Positions 7,397 through 14,872 of a stretch of DNA of 32,000 nucleotides are shown piece by piece. Positions within the stretch are counted from its first letter, which is position 1, and the number at the start of each line of letters is the position of its first letter. A model generated the notes under the pieces. It was not told the origin of the DNA. It did no database searches and saw only the letters and a program-made list of their open reading frames with translations. Position numbers and translations under genes: made by a program. The stretch covers positions 1,410,001-1,442,000 of the forward strand of contig NZ_CP027570.1 in the NCBI RefSeq assembly GCF_003010495.1, written 5' to 3'. The stretch comes from Megasphaera elsdenii DSM 20460 (GTDB taxonomy: Bacteria > Bacillota > Negativicutes > Veillonellales > Megasphaeraceae).

Positions 7397-7505
7397 ACTC
7401 CTTCTCATAAATTTCAGTGTATCAGATTCACTATCAGGCTTCAAGGGGATGATCTTACAGCGGATTTAAATGTCGGCTTATGACTAACGATATAGTTATA
7501 CTGGG

Positions 7506-7566
7506 TTGTAGTTTGTAGAAGAGGGCTTTAAATTAAAAAACTTTCACTAAAAACTACAAACTGCAA
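7506..7566. repeat. Heptamer-word inverted arms ttgtagtttgtag (7506-7518) and ctacaaactgcaa (7554-7566) around an AT-rich loop containing ggctttaaattaaaaaac
   Basis: 13-bp complementarity with one T-G position; same architecture at 9056-9122 and 28737-28823. Confidence 0.75.
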
Positions 7567-7577
7567 ACTTAATACTC

Positions 7578-7613
7578 AAAAAGGCGCTGTCTTCATGCGA
7601 CAGCGCTTTTTTT
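7578..7613. terminator. Conserved bidirectional terminator cassette aaaaaggcgctgtc-ttcatgc-gacagcgcttttttt
   Basis: 8-bp GC stem flanked by an A-run and a T-run; abuts the stop codon of the minus-strand nitroreductase gene (7615) and follows the TnpB relic on the + strand. Confidence 0.8.
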
Positions 7614-7614
7614 C

Positions 7615-8211
7615 TTACTGAAGAACTTTCACCCGTTCTTCGATGGGGACTTTTACGATAGGTTTTGGAGGTTCTGTGGGATGGCCGAAGGGCATCTGGG
7701 CGATGAGCTGCCATTCTTTGGGGACGCCTGTGAGTTTCTTGACTTCGTCGTCGATGAGCGGGTTATAGTGCTGGAGGTTGACACCAAGTCCCAAATCAGT
7801 CAGGGCTGTCCAGACGGCAAACTGCATCATGCCGTTAGCCTGCTGGGCCCAGATGGGAAAATTCTTGGCGTAGAGCGGAAACTGGGAAGCCATGTTATCG
7901 ACGATGGTCGTGTCGTCGAAGTAGAGGACTGTGCCGTAAGCTGCGGCGAAGGAGGTGATTTTGGCTTCGGTCGTAGCGAAATTGGCTGGCGGGACAATCT
8001 TGCGGAGTGTATCCATGGTGATTTTCCAGATGGCATCGTGCGTTTCGCCAAAGGCGATGACGACTTTGCCGGACTGCATGTTGAAGGCCGATGGCACTTC
8101 CCGGATGACATCCTGTATGGTCTGGATGATAGTTTCCTGAGGAATCGTGACGTTTTTATTGAGCGTGTAGTTCGTGCGCCGGTTGGTGACGGCTGTGGTG
8201 AAATAGGTCAT
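7615..8211 (-). CDS. Nitroreductase family protein
   Basis: About 198 aa; N-terminal AVTNRRTNY (nitroreductase R-x-S/T-x-R-like) and overall length and pattern fit the family; assignment by eye only. Confidence 0.65.
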   Translation of the reverse strand: MTYFTTAVTNRRTNYTLNKNVTIPQETIIQTIQDVIREVPSAFNMQSGKVVIAFGETHDAIWKITMDTLRKIVPPANFATTEAKITSFAAAYGTVLYFDDTTIVDNMASQFPLYAKNFPIWAQQANGMMQFAVWTALTDLGLGVNLQHYNPLIDDEVKKLTGVPKEWQLIAQMPFGHPTEPPKPIVKVPIEERVKVLQ

Positions 8212-8317
8212 GAGAGCACCTCCTGAATTTATCTGCGTATTATTAATTAATATTAATTATTATTTATTATTTAAAGTATAGCAAAGTGAAGAAAATAAGT
8301 CAAGAATCATATTTCCC

Positions 8318-8347
8318 TTGACAATGAGGCTTTTTTCATGATATCAT
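8318..8347 (+). promoter_or_regulatory. rpsD promoter candidate: TTGACA-18 nt-TATCAT with an extended -10 TG
   Basis: -35 at 8318-8323, tgaTATCAT at 8339-8347; very AT-rich upstream tract (8230-8275) could act as an UP element. Confidence 0.6.
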
Positions 8348-8407
8348 TTATACATTGCGTAAGCAAAATTTAATTTCTTGAATTACTAATATGAGGTGAT
8401 GTAGAAA

Positions 8408-8995
8408 ATGGCAACGAGGAGAGACCCGCGTTTTAAGGAATGTCGCCGGTTCGGAGTTAATGTGTACGGACACCCTAAGGCATTAAAACGCGTACGTAAA
8501 GATCAGCGTCAGAAAAAAATGTCTGAATATGGCACACAGTTATTGGAAAAACAGAAACTTCGCGCATACTACAATTTGCTCGAACGTCAGTTTGTCCGTT
8601 ATTATGATAAAGCCAAGAAGATGGAAGGCGTTACTGGCCAGAACATGCTGAAATTGCTGGAATGCCGTTTGGATAACCTGGTATATCGTATCGGTTTTGC
8701 AAACTCCATCCGCCAGGCACGTCAGATGGTCAACCACGGCCATATCCTGGTCAATGGCAAACGCTGCGACATCCCGTCGGCACACGTTAAAGTTGGCTCC
8801 GTTATCGCTTTGAAAGAAGCTTCCCGCTCCAACGAAATGTACAAAAAATCTTTCCAGGAATTGAAGACTTTCGATGTACCGTACATTGAAAAGAACTTCG
8901 ACGGCTTCGAAGGCACACTGACCCGTATGCCCGAACGCGACGAAATTCCGGTAGAAATCAACGAAACACTGATCGTCGAATTGTACTCCAAATAA
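8408..8995 (+). CDS. rpsD: 30S ribosomal protein S4
   Basis: Translation [16 protein letters not shown]...[17 protein letters not shown]...[28 protein letters not shown] is typical of S4. Confidence 0.95.
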   Translation: MATRRDPRFKECRRFGVNVYGHPKALKRVRKDQRQKKMSEYGTQLLEKQKLRAYYNLLERQFVRYYDKAKKMEGVTGQNMLKLLECRLDNLVYRIGFANSIRQARQMVNHGHILVNGKRCDIPSAHVKVGSVIALKEASRSNEMYKKSFQELKTFDVPYIEKNFDGFEGTLTRMPERDEIPVEINETLIVELYSK

Positions 8996-9013
8996 GAGCT
9001 GTTTGATGATAAC

Positions 9014-9047
9014 AAAAGAGGCTGTCGCATTAAGACAGCCTCTTTTT
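9014..9047. terminator. Conserved terminator cassette in inverted orientation: aaaagaggctgtc-gcattaa-gacagcctcttttt, followed by gagtatcaagtttgtag
   Basis: Reverse complement reads ctacaaacttgatactcaaaaagaggctgtc..., nearly identical to 148-201; terminates rpsD. Confidence 0.85.
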
Positions 9048-9055
9048 GAGTATCA

Positions 9056-9122
9056 AGTTTGTAGTTTTTAGTTTGCAGCAAATGGTAAAAAAATTAAAAC
9101 CAGCTTCTACAAACTACAAACT
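9056..9122. repeat. Heptamer-word inverted arms agtttgtagttt (9056-9067) and aaactacaaact (9111-9122) around a loop containing ggtaaaaaaattaaaacc
   Basis: 12-bp perfect complementarity; further ctacaaact words extend to 9136. Confidence 0.75.
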
Positions 9123-9143
9123 CCGTACTACAAACTATAAAGT

Positions 9144-9193
9144 AAAAGGGACTACCGCATGGTGATACAAACCTTCATGCGATAGTCTTTTTT
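9144..9193. terminator. Long-loop hairpin terminator, a variant of the cassette: gactaccgcatg (9150-9161) pairs with catgcgatagtc (9176-9187), then tttttt
   Basis: 12-bp stem with one mismatch and a T-run; homologous to the degenerate copy at 28683-28727 (shared gaaggttt...catgcg...gtcccttt when read on the reverse strand). Confidence 0.6.
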
Positions 9194-9203
9194 GATGTTA
9201 AAG

Positions 9204-9252
9204 GCAACCTCTCGGACCGCCTTCGGCGGCCAGCTCCCCTATAATGGGAGCC
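9204..9252 (-). repeat. Subfamily-B half-unit of the multi-hairpin repeat, reverse orientation
   Basis: Reverse complement ggctcccattataggggagctggccgccgaaggcggtccgagaggttgc matches 92-140 with a few substitutions. Confidence 0.85.
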
Positions 9253-9270
9253 TTTCGTCAAACATTCATG

Positions 9271-9309
9271 CCACGAGTCACGAGCTACTAGCCACGAGCC
9301 ACGAGCCAC
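9271..9309. repeat. Tandem heptamer words ccacgag / tcacgag
   Basis: ccacgagtcacgagctactagccacgagccacgagccac lies directly beside the stop codon (9314-9316) of the minus-strand gene. Confidence 0.65.
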
Positions 9310-9313
9310 AAAA

Positions 9314-10270
9314 CTACCGGCTTTCGGAGAAGTCCAGGCCTTTGTCGGTGGCGTAATAGGTGCCAGGCTTTTCGCCGGCTTCTACGTAGCCTTTTTGCAC
9401 TAAGTCGTCGATGAGGGTTTGGTCAGGCTTTTCTGGGGCAAACATTTCTTCCGGTGTTCCTTCTTCGCGTTCGACAGCTGCGATGAGGGCGGCTTCTTTG
9501 TCGTCTGTCGTCGGCGCTTCTTTTATATAGGCCAAATCTGGCAGGAACATGGGGTATTCTTTATGGGCTGTGAGGAAGAAGCGGCCGATGGCGATGGCCT
9601 GGCTCAAGAGGTTGCCTTCTTCCGTTTCGATGTCCATTTCATCGCAGATGACGTCGAGCTGGTTCGACGGGAAGTGATAGAGCTTCTTGGCGACTTCCAG
9701 CGTATCGGCATAGCGGAACGCCGGGGCATCGATGCCGTAGATGTGCAGGGCGTGGGTCAGGCAGCCCATGACGAACGGCGCGTTGTGGGCGACCAGGGTC
9801 TGTCCTTCGATGAGGTTTTTCAGGCCGGCCTGCCAATATTCGCCGAACTCATCGGCCTTCGAGAGTTCATCCCAGTGGTAGCGGTCTTTCACGGCGGACA
9901 AGTTATTTTCTGGCGGACGGACGTAGAAATAGCGGGTATCCTTCAGTTCGCCGTGGTCAAATTCAGCCAGGGCCAGGAGACAGATGGAATAAGGCTGCTC
10001 ATTGGCCAGTTCCAGGGCGACGGCTGTGAAGTGCTGCGGGAAGCGGCGCAGTTTCCCCTTTTCTTCGATAGGGTATTTATAATAGCCATCGTCGGGCTTG
10101 ATGTCGTACTGGTGCAGGTTTTCGACCTTGACATGTTCCTTCTTGGCCAGTTCTTCTTGAACTTTGGCTTTGCGCCGCCGTTTGCGCAGGGCCGACGTGA
10201 GGGAGTAGAGGACGGCGGCGATGAAGACGAGGGTGACGATCGTCGTGATGATGTGGATCAGGGAATCCAT
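9314..10270 (-). CDS. Membrane-anchored protein with a DnaQ/DEDD exonuclease-like domain whose catalytic motifs look degenerate
   Basis: N-terminal TM helix (IITTIVTLVFIAAVLYSL) and basic stop-transfer RKRRRK. Exo-like blocks are AVALELAN (Exo I position), LVAHNAPFVMGCL (Exo II, HNA.FD with D replaced) and GNLLSQAIAIGRFF (Exo III position). Motif alignment done by eye. Confidence 0.55.
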   Translation of the reverse strand: MDSLIHIITTIVTLVFIAAVLYSLTSALRKRRRKAKVQEELAKKEHVKVENLHQYDIKPDDGYYKYPIEEKGKLRRFPQHFTAVALELANEQPYSICLLALAEFDHGELKDTRYFYVRPPENNLSAVKDRYHWDELSKADEFGEYWQAGLKNLIEGQTLVAHNAPFVMGCLTHALHIYGIDAPAFRYADTLEVAKKLYHFPSNQLDVICDEMDIETEEGNLLSQAIAIGRFFLTAHKEYPMFLPDLAYIKEAPTTDDKEAALIAAVEREEGTPEEMFAPEKPDQTLIDDLVQKGYVEAGEKPGTYYATDKGLDFSESR

Positions 10271-10304
10271 GAAATATCAAATCCTTTTCAATAATTTTGA
10301 GAGC

Positions 10305-10745
10305 CTATTCTTGGAAAAAGTTCATGTCGTAACAGGTACGGAAGGCACGGTTAGCGGCATGGCCGTTGACTGACAGGCGGTCTTTCGTCTTGACTTCCGG
10401 ATTGGGCAGGGCCGAAGTGGACAGGACATTGCCCTGCAAGTCATAACTGACGTCGCCGAGGGTCTGGGTCTTTACGGTCTGGGCTTTAAAATTGTAGAAG
10501 AAATTGTTATCATAACCTTGGACCGTATTGTTGGCATAATCATAGGTCACGACAGTAGCCCGGATGATATAGTACGGCGGATCGTAGCGGACGGACTGAA
10601 TGGTGTTCATGTCGATATACGATTCGGTCGTGTCGTTGTGACCGACTTGGACGAAGCGGGGATTATCGTCGAGAAAGGTAGCCGATGCCATAAAGCTGAA
10701 CAGGCAGGCGAAGGTAACGGCCAGGGTTGCGATTTTTTTTAACAT
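10305..10745 (-). CDS. Small secreted protein of unknown function
   Basis: Start moved to MLKKIATLAVTFACLFSFMASA (signal-peptide-like) after RBS aaaggaag; lies 34 nt upstream of, and co-oriented with, 9314-10270. Confidence 0.55.
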   Translation of the reverse strand: MLKKIATLAVTFACLFSFMASATFLDDNPRFVQVGHNDTTESYIDMNTIQSVRYDPPYYIIRATVVTYDYANNTVQGYDNNFFYNFKAQTVKTQTLGDVSYDLQGNVLSTSALPNPEVKTKDRLSVNGHAANRAFRTCYDMNFFQE

Positions 10746-10903
10746 AAGATTACTTCCTTTCTGGCTGCCTTGTTTACAAGAGGGGCAGCCGTAGTTTATA
10801 TTTATATTATATAAGAATTGCCAGACATTACAAGAACATATATTTTTCAAGTAGGACTTTTGCCCTTTCAGGTCGAATAGTATAATTATAAGAGGTGATC
10901 ATA

Positions 10904-11527
10904 TTGGATGTGATATATATTGGTCTGCCATTTTTCTTTTGGCAGGAAGACGAGTCGGAGCACGGCCTTGATGTTCACGTGACGGAAGGTTTTCAGAAAC
11001 TGGATTTCCACGTGTATCCCCTCAATGCCGGCGACGATGCGGAGGAAATCTGTTCCGCCTATAATTGGCATACGTCTTTTGTCGATGAAGAGGCCGATAT
11101 GGCCCCGTCAGAAGAATTTATTTCAGAGCACGTCTTGTGGGACGACTTCCGCCTGCTGTACATCTCGGCAGCGGCGGCTACTTCCGACGATGAGTACACG
11201 CAGTTCGTCTGCCATACGGCAGAACAGGCTAAAGAGAGCGGCCTCGTCGTCGCAGCCGAAGTCGTGGACTGCGATTTCGATGAAGATGACCCATACCCCT
11301 GGCGGGATAAGGCGACGGTCCTCTGGTCCCGCAGCGAGGTCCTGCCATCAGGCGGCCCGGCCTGTGCCGTGCGCCTGGCCCTGGGGGACGGCATCACCGT
11401 TGCCAGTCAGGACGGGGAACGGTCCTATGAGGTTCAGGTCGTCAGTGAATGTTTTATCCCTGCGTTCTTACAAGGATTGCTGGAAGGGCGCGATCCCTTT
11501 TCTATCATAGAATCTTATGTGTCTTAA
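10904..11527 (+). CDS. Highly acidic hypothetical protein
   Basis: Long ORF with coding-like composition and many D/E runs (DEDESEH, DEEADMAPSEE, DCDFDEDDPYPW). The TTG at 10904 has RBS agaggtga 5 nt upstream; the ORF-track GTG at 10895 is the alternative. Confidence 0.5.
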   Translation: MDVIYIGLPFFFWQEDESEHGLDVHVTEGFQKLDFHVYPLNAGDDAEEICSAYNWHTSFVDEEADMAPSEEFISEHVLWDDFRLLYISAAAATSDDEYTQFVCHTAEQAKESGLVVAAEVVDCDFDEDDPYPWRDKATVLWSRSEVLPSGGPACAVRLALGDGITVASQDGERSYEVQVVSECFIPAFLQGLLEGRDPFSIIESYVS

Positions 11528-11545
11528 GTTAGGAGGTTATTCATC

Positions 11546-12037
11546 TTGAATAGTAAAAAAATGGAAGAACATCCCTTGCGGGCGGCGATTCTCACAATCA
11601 GTAACAGCCGCAGCTTTTCTGACGATACGAACGGCCTGCTCATTCAGTCGGCTTTGGCCAACTACGGCCATCAGGTCGTCGACTATCAGATTGTCAAAGA
11701 CGACAAGGCCGAAATCGAACGCCATCTCCATGAATGGGTCTGCAGCGTCGACCTGGTCATCACCAGCGGCGGTACGGGCCTGGCCAAGCGCGACGTGACC
11801 ATCGAAACGGTGGAACCCCTGTTCGATAAGAAAATTCCGGCCTTCCAGTCGATGATGACGTATTTTGCCTATCGCCGGGCCTGCGGTGTACAGGCCATGG
11901 CCTACCGGACGACGGCTGGCATCATCCACCAGTGCCAGGTCTACTGCCTGCCGGGACTGCCGAGCCTCATCAAGATCGGTATGGAAAAAGTCATTTTGCC
12001 GGAAGTCTTTCATTTGTATTCGGAAATCAAGAAGTAA
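11546..12037 (+). CDS. MoaB/MogA-family (MoCF biosynthesis domain) protein
   Basis: ITSGGTGLAKRDVT motif typical of the MogA/MoaB fold; TTG start 9 nt after AGGAGG. Confidence 0.7.
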   Translation: MNSKKMEEHPLRAAILTISNSRSFSDDTNGLLIQSALANYGHQVVDYQIVKDDKAEIERHLHEWVCSVDLVITSGGTGLAKRDVTIETVEPLFDKKIPAFQSMMTYFAYRRACGVQAMAYRTTAGIIHQCQVYCLPGLPSLIKIGMEKVILPEVFHLYSEIKK

Positions 12038-12613
12038 ATGGAAACATCTAACATCATCCTTGTCACCGGCGGGGCGCGGAGTGGTAAAAGCGCCTTTGCC
12101 GAACGCTATGCTGCCGCCCTTCCCGGGCGGCATGCTTATGTGGCGACAGCCCGCATCTTCGATGAAGAAATGGCCCGGCGCATCGCCGCCCACCGCCGGC
12201 GCCGGCCGTCATCGTGGCAGACCTGGGAAATCCCGGAAGACCTGCCGGGGACGATGGAACGGTTGTGCCGGTCGTCAGATGTGGTCCTCGTCGACTGCCT
12301 GACTCTTTATTTTTCTAATTATCTCTTTGCTCACGACGGTGAAGCCGATGAAGTCCTCATCGACGGGGCCCTGGCTGAACTGAAAACTGTCATGGCCGCC
12401 TTTCGCCAGGCTGGCGTGACGGCTATCTTCGTCACCAACGAGCTGGGCTGCGGCATCGTTCCCATGGAGCATGTGAGCCGTTTGTACCGCGACCTCATCG
12501 GCAAGATCAATCAGGCTGCGGCAGCCGAAGCCGATGAAGTCTATTTGTCTGTCTGCGGGATTACGACGGAGCTGAAACAGCGGGCTGTCCGTCTGCCGGA
12601 GGTGAAACGATGA
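12038..12613 (+). CDS. cobU: Adenosylcobinamide kinase / adenosylcobinamide-phosphate guanylyltransferase
   Basis: P-loop VTGGARSGKSAFAE, size about 190 aa, position directly upstream of cobS. Confidence 0.85.
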   Translation: METSNIILVTGGARSGKSAFAERYAAALPGRHAYVATARIFDEEMARRIAAHRRRRPSSWQTWEIPEDLPGTMERLCRSSDVVLVDCLTLYFSNYLFAHDGEADEVLIDGALAELKTVMAAFRQAGVTAIFVTNELGCGIVPMEHVSRLYRDLIGKINQAAAAEADEVYLSVCGITTELKQRAVRLPEVKR

Positions 12614-13362
12614 AAGCTTTTCTCATTGCCTTGCAGTTCTTATCGCGTATCCACCTGGCCTCGCAGAGCGTCTGGCGCGATGAGGACTTTGGCCGGTCTG
12701 TCTTGTTCTTTCCCGTCGTCGGCTTGATCATCGGCTTACTCCTGGCGGCGCTCTACGGAGCGTCGTCTTTCCTTTTCGACGCTTTTGGCCGGTCGGCCCT
12801 GGTCGTCGCCTTCTGGTTCTACCTGACCGGCGGACTCCACGCCGATGGCTATATGGATACGGCGGACGGCCTCTTTTCCGGCCGCAGCCGCGAACGGATG
12901 CTGGAAATCCTCAAGGACAGCCGCGTCGGCGCCGGCGGCGTAACGGCCTTCGTCTTCCTGGTCCTCCTGAAAGTGGCTTTCCTCAGCCAGCTGACGCCAG
13001 ACGCAGCCCTGCCAGCCCTCATCGGAATCCCGGCAGCAGCCCGCTTCGGGACGCTGATCAGCATCTTCCAGTTTCCCTATGCCCGACAGCAAGGGCTGGG
13101 GAAGGCTTTCGTCACCTATGCGCCAGCCCATACCGTAGCGAAAGCTTTCGTACTGGCCCTGGTGCCGGCTTTCCTTTGCGGGCCTTTTTACCTGGGCCTG
13201 TTAGGGGCGGCCATGCTGTTGTCCTTGTGGGCTAATTTCCATATTAGCCGCAAACTGGGCGGCGTGACGGGCGATACGTATGGTGCCGTCCTCGAAGGCA
13301 GCGAAATGGCCCTGCTCCTGGTGACGGCTGTCGGTAGCAGGCTGGCCGATTTCTTGCTATAA
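12610..13362 (+). CDS. cobS: Adenosylcobinamide-GDP ribazoletransferase (cobalamin synthase)
   Basis: Polytopic membrane protein with GGLHADGYMDTADG and GGVTGDTYG motifs typical of CobS; ATGA overlap with cobU. Confidence 0.85.
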   Translation: MKAFLIALQFLSRIHLASQSVWRDEDFGRSVLFFPVVGLIIGLLLAALYGASSFLFDAFGRSALVVAFWFYLTGGLHADGYMDTADGLFSGRSRERMLEILKDSRVGAGGVTAFVFLVLLKVAFLSQLTPDAALPALIGIPAAARFGTLISIFQFPYARQQGLGKAFVTYAPAHTVAKAFVLALVPAFLCGPFYLGLLGAAMLLSLWANFHISRKLGGVTGDTYGAVLEGSEMALLLVTAVGSRLADFLL

Positions 13363-13414
13363 TGAAAGGGTACGAAGGTTGAATCACTTATAGGAAAATA
13401 CACGGAGGAACACG

Positions 13415-14068
13415 ATGATAAAATTATATTTAGCACGTCATGGCGAAACAGCAGGTAATGTCCAGCAGTGGTACCAGGGGTCGACTGATGTACCCCTCAA
13501 TGACCATGGACTGGAACAGGCGAAATGCCTGGGAGAATTTTTCCGCCATGTCCATCTCGACGCCGTCTACAGCAGCACGCTCCAGCGCGCCAAGACGACG
13601 GCCGAATGTGTAGCCGCGCCGCACCATTTGGACGTCATCGCTTATGACGAACTGAAGGAAGCTGATTTCGGCGTCTGGGAAGGCCATACATACCAGGAAA
13701 TCACGACCCAGTGGCCGGGTGAACTGGAAGCGGTCTATGCTTCGGACGGGACCTTGCCGGCCCGGGGCGGTGAATCGTTCTGCCAGGTCCGCGACCGGAC
13801 ACTGAAGAAGACACGGGAAATCTTGTCGCATCACAAAGATGGCGACAGCGTCTTCATGGTATCCCACGGGGCGGCAATCCGCTGCCTGATCTTTGGCCTG
13901 CTGGGCCTCGATATGAAGCGTATCTGGTGCTTCCAGCAGTTCAACACGGCTTTTAACATCATCGAATATTATGGCGACCGCAATGTCATGACCCTCATGA
14001 ACTGCACGCAGCATCTGGAAGGCCTGACGGGGTATCAGCCCCAGTGGGACAAGATGCCGTCGCTCTAA
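13415..14068 (+). CDS. cobC: Alpha-ribazole phosphatase-type histidine phosphatase
   Basis: LARHGET catalytic motif, SHGAAIR second His motif, position after cobS. Confidence 0.7.
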   Translation: MIKLYLARHGETAGNVQQWYQGSTDVPLNDHGLEQAKCLGEFFRHVHLDAVYSSTLQRAKTTAECVAAPHHLDVIAYDELKEADFGVWEGHTYQEITTQWPGELEAVYASDGTLPARGGESFCQVRDRTLKKTREILSHHKDGDSVFMVSHGAAIRCLIFGLLGLDMKRIWCFQQFNTAFNIIEYYGDRNVMTLMNCTQHLEGLTGYQPQWDKMPSL

Positions 14069-14077
14069 GGAGGTATT

Positions 14078-14797
14078 ATGGCAAAGACTATGCGCCTCGA
14101 TAAGCTCCTGGGCCATACGGGCTGGGGGACGCGGCGGGAACTGAAGGAATTGTGCAAAGGCGGCCATGTGACCATGAATGGTACCGTCTGCCTCGACAGC
14201 AGCCAGAAAGTCGACCCGGCAGCTGATGTGATTGCCGTCGACGGTCAAATCGTGGGCTACGAAGAACATATCTATCTCATGCTCTATAAGCCGGCCGGCG
14301 TCGTATCGGCGACGGAAGACAACGTGTCGCCGACGGTCATCGGCCTCTTGCCGCGCCAATATCAGGGCGCCGGCCTGTTCCCGGTCGGCCGCCTCGATAA
14401 GGATACGACAGGCCTCCTGCTCATCACCAACGACGGGACCTGGGCCCATGGCATTACGTCGCCCAAGAAGCACATGGACAAGATATACGATGCCGTCGTC
14501 GAAGGCGATATCCCACCTGATATGGGCCAGCGCTTTGCCGATGGCATCGTCCTTGACGATGGCCTGCACTGCCTGCCGGCCAAGGCCGTCCAGACCGGCC
14601 CCCAGTCCCTTACGGTCGTCGTCCAGGAAGGAAAGTTCCATCAGGTCAAGCGCATGTGTGCTGCCGTCGGCCTGAAGGTCGTCCAGCTGCACCGCCGCTC
14701 CGTTGGCAGCGTCGTCCTCGATGAAGGTTTGGAGCCGGGCCAGTTCCGCCCGCTGACCGATGAGGAGCGGGAAGCCTTGAAAGGACGGGGCCGGTGA
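14078..14797 (+). CDS. Pseudouridine synthase, RsuA/RluB family, with N-terminal S4 domain
   Basis: MRLDKLL...S4-like N-terminus and catalytic GRLDKDTTGLLLITNDG. Confidence 0.85.
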   Translation: MAKTMRLDKLLGHTGWGTRRELKELCKGGHVTMNGTVCLDSSQKVDPAADVIAVDGQIVGYEEHIYLMLYKPAGVVSATEDNVSPTVIGLLPRQYQGAGLFPVGRLDKDTTGLLLITNDGTWAHGITSPKKHMDKIYDAVVEGDIPPDMGQRFADGIVLDDGLHCLPAKAVQTGPQSLTVVVQEGKFHQVKRMCAAVGLKVVQLHRRSVGSVVLDEGLEPGQFRPLTDEEREALKGRGR

Positions 14798-14872
14798 TTT
14801 GCAATTCCACCTTTTCAGCAGGCGGAAAATATGGTATTATAAAATATGATTGAATTAATATAGGGTGATACT

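Noticed and set aside
10858-10886. TATAAT at 10881-10886 as the promoter for the acidic-protein gene
   Set aside because: The -35 region (ttttgc) is poor, and the implied start site would fall on or after the ribosome-binding site. I therefore do not list it as a supported feature.
10746-11545. Cobalamin riboswitch ahead of the cob genes
   Set aside because: The region is occupied by a protein-coding ORF up to 18 nt before the first gene of the cluster, and I could not find the conserved B12-box (rAGYCMGgAgaCCkGCc-like).
13430-14692. 420-aa minus-strand ORF, and similar long antisense ORFs (780-1457, 1527-2306, 2388-4139, 18541-19608, 21202-22608, 23331-24143, 24505-25431, 26464-27390, 27424-28275)
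   Set aside because: Each lies antisense to a + strand gene with unmistakable family motifs. The antisense translations are low-complexity, Arg/Ala/Gly/Asp-rich strings with no motifs, as expected from stop-codon depletion opposite GC-rich genes.
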